Source of the DNA: a virus
Taxonomy: Duplodnaviria > Caudoviricetes
Virus record (IMG/VR): IMGVR_UViG_3300031953_000057
Coordinates: 1-39,459 of that record
Reading direction: 5' to 3' (one strand)
DNA: 39,459 nucleotides
The notes under the pieces were generated by a model. That model saw only the letters and a program-made list of their open reading frames with translations, was not told where the DNA came from and ran no database searches. This document shows positions 34,380 through 39,459 of this stretch, piece by piece. Each line of letters starts with the position of its first letter. Position 1 is the stretch's first letter. The translations under genes and the position numbers were made by a program.

Positions 34380-34895
34380 CTAGTTCTTGAAGACGTCAGC
34401 CGCGAACTTGTCGAGGTCATCCAAGTCTTCATTGTGTTGCTGTGTTGGATCGCCGCCGCCGCGCAGTTTCTCGCGAGGCTGCTGGGTGGGTGGCTTTTTG
34501 CCTCCACCGAATAGCTCCATGAGTTCCTGTGCGTCCTGAAGCATTTCTTCTTCAGTGCCGCCGGATAGGCGCTTCACGAGAGCTTCGGGGAGTCCGTGTT
34601 GCATCCCGATTCGCAAGCGCATGTTTTCGGCCTCCAGGGCCGTTACGCGCTCTTGCCCACCGTTAGCAGCTTCCGCAACGCGGGCATCTGCTGCAGCGAT
34701 CTTCTCTTTGGCCTTCACGACCTCGGCATTGAGCTTTCGAATCTTGGTGATTGCCCGGTCCTTGTCCCACGCCTCACGGTGCGGGATCTTTTCTAGGCCA
34801 TCTTCAGACTCTTCGGTCTCTTCAGTTTCTGAGTTTTCGTTCTCAGATTCCGTGCTCTCTTCAGCCTCCGGGGCTTCTTGATTTTGGTTACTCAA
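34380..34895 (-). CDS. scaffolding protein
   Basis: Acidic N-terminus, RA..KIRKLN.E, GLP..L..RL.G.TEEE...DA, LRGGGDP; GGAGG before TTG 34895. Confidence 0.85.
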   Translation of the reverse strand: MSNQNQEAPEAEESTESENENSETEETEESEDGLEKIPHREAWDKDRAITKIRKLNAEVVKAKEKIAAADARVAEAANGGQERVTALEAENMRLRIGMQHGLPEALVKRLSGGTEEEMLQDAQELMELFGGGKKPPTQQPREKLRGGGDPTQQHNEDLDDLDKFAADVFKN

Positions 34896-35011
34896 TTTGT
34901 CCTCCAGGGACGATCGCGACGCCAAAAAGGCATCTTCTAACCTGACCCGTTTGAGTCAGGAAACTTGTCTAAATCATTGTTTTGTTTCAAATATCGGTGT
35001 ATTGTTGCAAC

Positions 35012-35248
35012 ATGACCACTACATCGAAGCAAGACCTAACGCACAGCGCGATGGTTGGGCGCAACATGCGAATGCACATGGCAGCCAATCGGGCCACCCT
35101 CCGCGGGTTGGCCGAATCAACGGGAATGTCCGCAGCCACACTCAGTCGCATATCCCAAGGCACCAGCTCCGTGAGCATCGACCAGATAGTGTCCATCGCG
35201 AAAGCTTTGGACTTGCCAGCATCTTCACTGACAGAAGGGGTCATCTAA
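35012..35248 (+). CDS. XRE-family HTH regulator, leaderless
   Basis: TLRGLAESTGMSAATLSRISQG; TTGTTT-17-TATTGT ends 6 nt before ATG. Confidence 0.85.
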   Translation: MTTTSKQDLTHSAMVGRNMRMHMAANRATLRGLAESTGMSAATLSRISQGTSSVSIDQIVSIAKALDLPASSLTEGVI

Positions 35249-35466
35249 TGGCTGAGTCAAAAAAGCAGGCGCGAGGGCGCAGGAGCATAGACAACCGAGC
35301 AAGGACTGCCATCAATGCCCTACTCGATGTCGAAAAGCTGCTCTCCGAAGGCGAAACTGTCGAGGCGCAAAAACGAATCGACAAGTGGCGCGAGGTAAGC
35401 GGGTTCAACAAGCCCACCGAAACCGCTGAATCGCTGCTACTGGACAAGATTTTCAAGGGCCGCTAG
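35248..35466 (+). CDS. 72-aa hypothetical protein (MAESKKQARG...)
   Basis: TAATG coupling to the XRE gene; AAGGGG RBS. Confidence 0.75.
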   Translation: MAESKKQARGRRSIDNRARTAINALLDVEKLLSEGETVEAQKRIDKWREVSGFNKPTETAESLLLDKIFKGR

Positions 35467-35505
35467 CCCCTTGACGCGCTTGCGGGATTGCCCTACGCTA
35501 GAAGA

Positions 35506-35612
35506 ACATGGTCGCGGTTGCCTCGGATTCCGCTATACAGGGCCTCATTCGTGAGGAAGTAGCGTAGTAGCTCCCGGTGAAGAAGCCCCAGCCTTTTGGC
35601 CGGGGCTTCCTG
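35506..35612 (+). ncRNA. putative small RNA 1 (or 19-aa peptide mRNA)
   Basis: TTGACG(35471)-17-TACGCT(35494); CCTCA-TTCG-TGAGG hairpin; terminal GC stem 35582-35609. Confidence 0.55.
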
Positions 35613-35677
35613 CATTCTCCAGAATAAATAGCTAGGCAGGTGTAGACATTTCAGCCACCTGCGCGTATGCTTATCTC

Positions 35678-35773
35678 AACGCGTCGCAGCGTCACATACT
35701 GCGTCCAGGTTCTGCTTAGCGGCGGAATGTTGCCGAAAGGCTTCAAGTAGCTCACCTTCGGGTGGGCTATTTC
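35678..35773 (+). ncRNA. putative small RNA 2
   Basis: TAGACA(35643)-17-TATGCT(35666); four hairpins including GAAA and TTCG tetraloops, ending in a terminator. Confidence 0.65.
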
Positions 35774-35790
35774 AAGTTAAGGAGCAGCGC

Positions 35791-36597
35791 CTATTTGTTG
35801 CGCGACAGTGGAGAGTCACGGAATACGCCGTTATTGCGCATCCGATGAAGAACCGTTTCCTCAACACGAGGCAAACCAGCATCCTCAGCCTCTTGCGCCG
35901 CCTTCTCGTACTCTTCGATATAGCGCTGCTCAGACTCAGACGGTTGCCACTCGCCATAAATAATCTCGGCAGTGCAACCGCAATAGCCGTGATAGCGAAG
36001 ACCGGAACCGCCCTCACGCAAAGGACGCAGCACGTCACCCTGCACCGAACGGCTACCATAGACCGGCCCACGAGAGGCCAGCATTGCGCAGAACGTACAC
36101 GGATCACCATCAGTCACCCGACGCCAACCAACCGCATTCCTATCCGCACTAGTCGTCTCGTGAATCATCATCCGACCGCCCGAAAGCACTTGCCGGCGCA
36201 TCATCCCCGAATACTTCATCAACGCACCCGAATAAGCAGAACCCGAACGAGTGCCCGACTTGATAAGCGTCTTCACCCTCACCGGGCCAGCAACAAGCAG
36301 AGTGTTCCGCATCACCGCAGTCTCAAACTCAGGCTCAACAATCGACCCCGCAGCAGAACCCAACTCGGCAGCACGATACTCAGGAACATACGCCGCAGCC
36401 AACGCCGCAGACTCCGCATAAAACTTGCGAGTAGCCGCCACGTTCGCGTTCAACCATGCAGGCGTGCTGCGGTCGAGGTCATCAATATCCAACCCCGACC
36501 ACAACGCACGCCCAACAATCTCTGCACGAGCAGCAATAGCTATCTGTGCTTTACGGTGCGCCTCAGTGAGCTCCTTGCCCCTAGCCGTTAGAGCCAT
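35791..36597 (-). CDS. MuF/VG15-like head morphogenesis protein
   Basis: GWRRVTDGDPCTFCAMLASRG.VY...YH..CGCT; no toxin extension. Confidence 0.85.
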   Translation of the reverse strand: MALTARGKELTEAHRKAQIAIAARAEIVGRALWSGLDIDDLDRSTPAWLNANVAATRKFYAESAALAAAYVPEYRAAELGSAAGSIVEPEFETAVMRNTLLVAGPVRVKTLIKSGTRSGSAYSGALMKYSGMMRRQVLSGGRMMIHETTSADRNAVGWRRVTDGDPCTFCAMLASRGPVYGSRSVQGDVLRPLREGGSGLRYHGYCGCTAEIIYGEWQPSESEQRYIEEYEKAAQEAEDAGLPRVEETVLHRMRNNGVFRDSPLSRNK

Positions 36598-37900
36598 TGG
36601 ACTGAGTTGTCAGAGCCGAAGCTAGCTGCGCCTCAGCGGAAGGATTCGCCTGCTTATACTCAAGCCACGACTTCGCAATATCAGGAGTCACGCCCGGCAC
36701 ACGATCCCACAACTTCTCAGGTGGAATACCAAGCATCGTCGCCATCTTGCCAAGAGCATCAGCAGCCTGAGCCATAGACCGTGAACCGAGATCAGCCCAG
36801 TCCATCGTCAGCGTGAAGTCATTAGCGTCATCATCGCGACCCTCAATATACGAAGCAAGACGCAGGGTTTGGATGTGTGAATCACCAAAGCCAACCTTGC
36901 GTTCACCCGCCTTCAAATCAAGCATCGAACGGGCCTCCATGATCGCGTCCGCAGAAAGGTTGATCATCTTTCCCGTCAACGCATGAGCGGGAGTCTGAGA
37001 CACAGCCGCGAGCGTTTCAACATCAGTCTCGCCAGCCTTAATAAGCCCCTCAGGGCTCGTCTCATCAAGCGTGCCGAACTGCACACCATCGCCACCAGTG
37101 AGAATGTCGCTATGACGCAGCAGCAGCTTCTGGGCAGCGCCCTCAGCCTCGCTCGAAGGCTCTTCTAGCCCCGTTGCGGTGCGAATCTTCCACGAACTGT
37201 GGTGCTGAATCAGAAGACGATCGAACGTAGTCTTATTGATGCGCTGAGCAACCGGAATAAACGGCTCAATCTCACCAGGCGTGCGACCCTCAAGGTCAAT
37301 CTGGTTTGAATAACGGATCGCCGGACACACACCAGCATTGTGGAGCTTGTAGTCAATGAACTTCAGCTTCCCATCCTCGAGACCGAGAGTGTAAACAGCT
37401 TCCTCATCCACAACAATGCGATGACTGCCACGAACCCGCAGGTAGTACATCGGGTACTCATCCTCAACAGGATCCGCATACACCGCGTACATGTCCCGCG
37501 GAGAATACCCACGAATCACAGCGCCAGAGTCACCCGGCATTACCGTTGTGTACGCATACCCATAGGCAAGCGCGGAGCGGTGGATAGCACGCTGACGCGA
37601 AGGCATCCGGTTGCGCAACCAAGGCAACCACACCGCATCAACATTCGCAGACTGCGACGAACGCACGAGCTCACCAACAAGCTGCTGAGCAACAGTCGTC
37701 ACAACAAGATTCAGCCAAGGAGTCTCAGCCAGATCACGAAGATACTTCTCTTCTTTGCTGGCGTGGTCAGGAACGCGCACCTTTTCGGGCGACCACCGAT
37801 ACCACTGGTCGATCTCGTCAAGCTTCTGACGCTCTGCCTGCCACCCAGGAATCAGAATGTCATTGGCTAGCGCGAGAACCGCAGATTGATTCATTACCAT
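36581..37900 (-). CDS. portal protein
   Basis: PWL.LVV...AQ.L, A..YGYAY..V, G.GEIEP, RINKT.FD, NLSADA. Confidence 0.9.
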   Translation of the reverse strand: MVMNQSAVLALANDILIPGWQAERQKLDEIDQWYRWSPEKVRVPDHASKEEKYLRDLAETPWLNLVVTTVAQQLVGELVRSSQSANVDAVWLPWLRNRMPSRQRAIHRSALAYGYAYTTVMPGDSGAVIRGYSPRDMYAVYADPVEDEYPMYYLRVRGSHRIVVDEEAVYTLGLEDGKLKFIDYKLHNAGVCPAIRYSNQIDLEGRTPGEIEPFIPVAQRINKTTFDRLLIQHHSSWKIRTATGLEEPSSEAEGAAQKLLLRHSDILTGGDGVQFGTLDETSPEGLIKAGETDVETLAAVSQTPAHALTGKMINLSADAIMEARSMLDLKAGERKVGFGDSHIQTLRLASYIEGRDDDANDFTLTMDWADLGSRSMAQAADALGKMATMLGIPPEKLWDRVPGVTPDIAKSWLEYKQANPSAEAQLASALTTQSNGSNG

Positions 37901-39459
37901 ACTCGGCCACCCCTCTTCTTCCCGTTGTTCAAAATTTGGCGCCGCACCATGCGAGCACCGACCATGCAAATAGCAAGGTCAACCTTTTTCTTAGACTCAC
38001 GACTGTCCTTAGCGATAGAAACGAACCCCTGCACCGGATAGCGGCGAGCATTCAAAACATGACGACGCAAACGAGCATCCGCATCATGCGTAAACGCCCC
38101 CGACTTGATTTCCTCCAACGTGAAACCAACAGCCGACGCAAACGTCCGCGCATTATCACGAGCCGACATATCGAACATCACCGAATGACCCTTGCCGCCC
38201 TTAGTGCCAGAAGCCCAAACCAGCAACTTGTGCCGATACTTCAAATGCCACTTATCGAACAACGGATCCCAATAACGATCCATAGTCTCGTCATCCAAAA
38301 CATGCGAAGGATCACCAAAGAAACCGACAACACGGAACCGCTCAAACGCAGCATCAACCGTTGCGTCAACATCCTCGCGGGGAGCCAACCAACCATCACC
38401 GCGCTTACCGGGAGGACGCTGCCACATGCCCAAAGTGAACACATGCCCATCGGACATACGCACACCCATCAAGCCAGTAGCATCATCCGACTTCGAGCAG
38501 TCAAGGAACATGACAACTTCTTCGCCATCCTCCATGACAACCTCAGGAGCCTGCAACGGATCCCACTCAGAAGGCTCAGTCCACGCATCCTCAGCAGCCG
38601 TAATCTGGTTGTACCACTTACGACGCGACTCGGACGGCGAGTTCACCGGGTTAGCAATCGACTTCTTGATACGCCCCTCAGCATCCAACCAAACCGCGTC
38701 ACCACGGACAGCCTTCACAACAGACGGAGCAGCATCCAAAGTCAACGGCGCGTTCGGTGGGGCCTCCAAAGAGTCATACATCACACCGTAAGAACTGAAC
38801 GAAGCATCATCGCCCACAGTGGACTCATACGCCTCACGCTCACGCTGGCCCACGGAATCCTCACCAGGCCGATACGCATTGCAGATATCCAACATCCGCG
38901 CCGGCGACTCAATCTCCGACTTAGCCGCGTTGCCCTCAATCGCACCAGCCATATCATGACCGCCGTTAGAAGAGTTCCAGTTCTGCGTCTCGTTACGAAT
39001 GATCTGCGTAGGGCGACCACCCTCGATCGACATCACCGACGACGTAACAGCCTCAATCTGGCGAGTATCACCCATGCCCCACACGTTGCGCTTACCAATC
39101 TGAATGCCGTAACGCTTACGTGCTTCAGCAGAAATAAGCGAAGGAAACAACTTCATCGTGTTCTGCGTCTGAATCAACGACACAGCCACAATCTGCACCC
39201 AAGCATTCGGCTGCTCCCGACCAACAGGACGATCGTCATCCCAATGATCAAAAGTGACATCAGCAAACATCGCCGCCATCGACAAACACGCAGCCATCGG
39301 GTCTTTACCCCACCCCTTAAGGCGCTGCAAAACCGCCGAATGGAAAGTAAACGAACCATTGTCGTCAACCGAGAAATACCAAAGAATGAAACGAGTCTGC
39401 TCAGGCGTAAACGCCCACGGCTTACCGTTCTTGTCCTTCAGCCACATTCCGCACCAAGC
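37894..39459 (-). CDS. terL: terminase large subunit (5' end outside the window)
   Basis: QRLKGWGKDP Walker A, EG.RPT...NETQ, DCSKSDDAT nuclease motif, KKVDLA. Confidence 0.95.
   Translation of the reverse strand, partial: AWCGMWLKDKNGKPWAFTPEQTRFILWYFSVDDNGSFTFHSAVLQRLKGWGKDPMAACLSMAAMFADVTFDHWDDDRPVGREQPNAWVQIVAVSLIQTQNTMKLFPSLISAEARKRYGIQIGKRNVWGMGDTRQIEAVTSSVMSIEGGRPTQIIRNETQNWNSSNGGHDMAGAIEGNAAKSEIESPARMLDICNAYRPGEDSVGQREREAYESTVGDDASFSSYGVMYDSLEAPPNAPLTLDAAPSVVKAVRGDAVWLDAEGRIKKSIANPVNSPSESRRKWYNQITAAEDAWTEPSEWDPLQAPEVVMEDGEEVVMFLDCSKSDDATGLMGVRMSDGHVFTLGMWQRPPGKRGDGWLAPREDVDATVDAAFERFRVVGFFGDPSHVLDDETMDRYWDPLFDKWHLKYRHKLLVWASGTKGGKGHSVMFDMSARDNARTFASAVGFTLEEIKSGAFTHDADARLRRHVLNARRYPVQGFVSIAKDSRESKKKVDLAICMVGARMVRRQILNNGKKRGGRVW

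Noticed and set aside
26469-34390. Long + strand ORFs such as 26469-27275 and 33419-34390
   Set aside because: Antisense shadows of tape measure and capsid genes, expected in GC-rich DNA
35582-35609. Possible solitary CRISPR repeat (Racr)
   Set aside because: A GC hairpin without recognisable repeat-end motifs; a terminator is the simpler reading, though a repeat database search was not possible
35791-36597. MuF-fused polymorphic toxin
   Set aside because: The protein ends shortly after the Cys/His domain, with no toxin extension

Overview
Near-complete genome (~39.5 kb, almost all genes on the - strand) of a temperate siphovirus of Actinobacteria, probably infecting Microbacteriaceae (inference from gene style). 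Only the terminase 5' end, the small terminase and the genome end appear to lie outside the window. Right to left: terminase, portal, MuF/VG15-like head protein, scaffold, capsid, head-tail genes, tail tube, tail chaperone with a -1 frameshift, tape measure, minor tails, M23 endolysin and holin. Next come attP (3' half of tRNA-Arg(CCT) plus GGTTTACACAA arm repeats), tyrosine integrase, a leaderless repressor/cro switch and excisionase. The early region has two DNA methyltransferases, a resolvase, a RecE-like exonuclease, an initiator containing iterons, and SSB. The late-leader region has a metallophosphoesterase, tRNA-Trp and HNH nucleases. Best candidates for new biology: (1) a RecA-NDp/PafBC-type DNA-damage promoter driving a short ORF, convergent with and antisense to the protease-less repressor, that resembles only the C-terminal half of an XRE domain (possible mimic antirepressor for prophage induction); (2) a head-gene insert with an XRE gene pair and two separately promoted ~100-nt structured RNAs; (3) a promoter-proximal terminator followed by a ~430-nt hairpin-rich late leader; (4) an rrn-boxA-like structured element in the early operon. 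All calls were made by eye; no database searches or folding programs were run.
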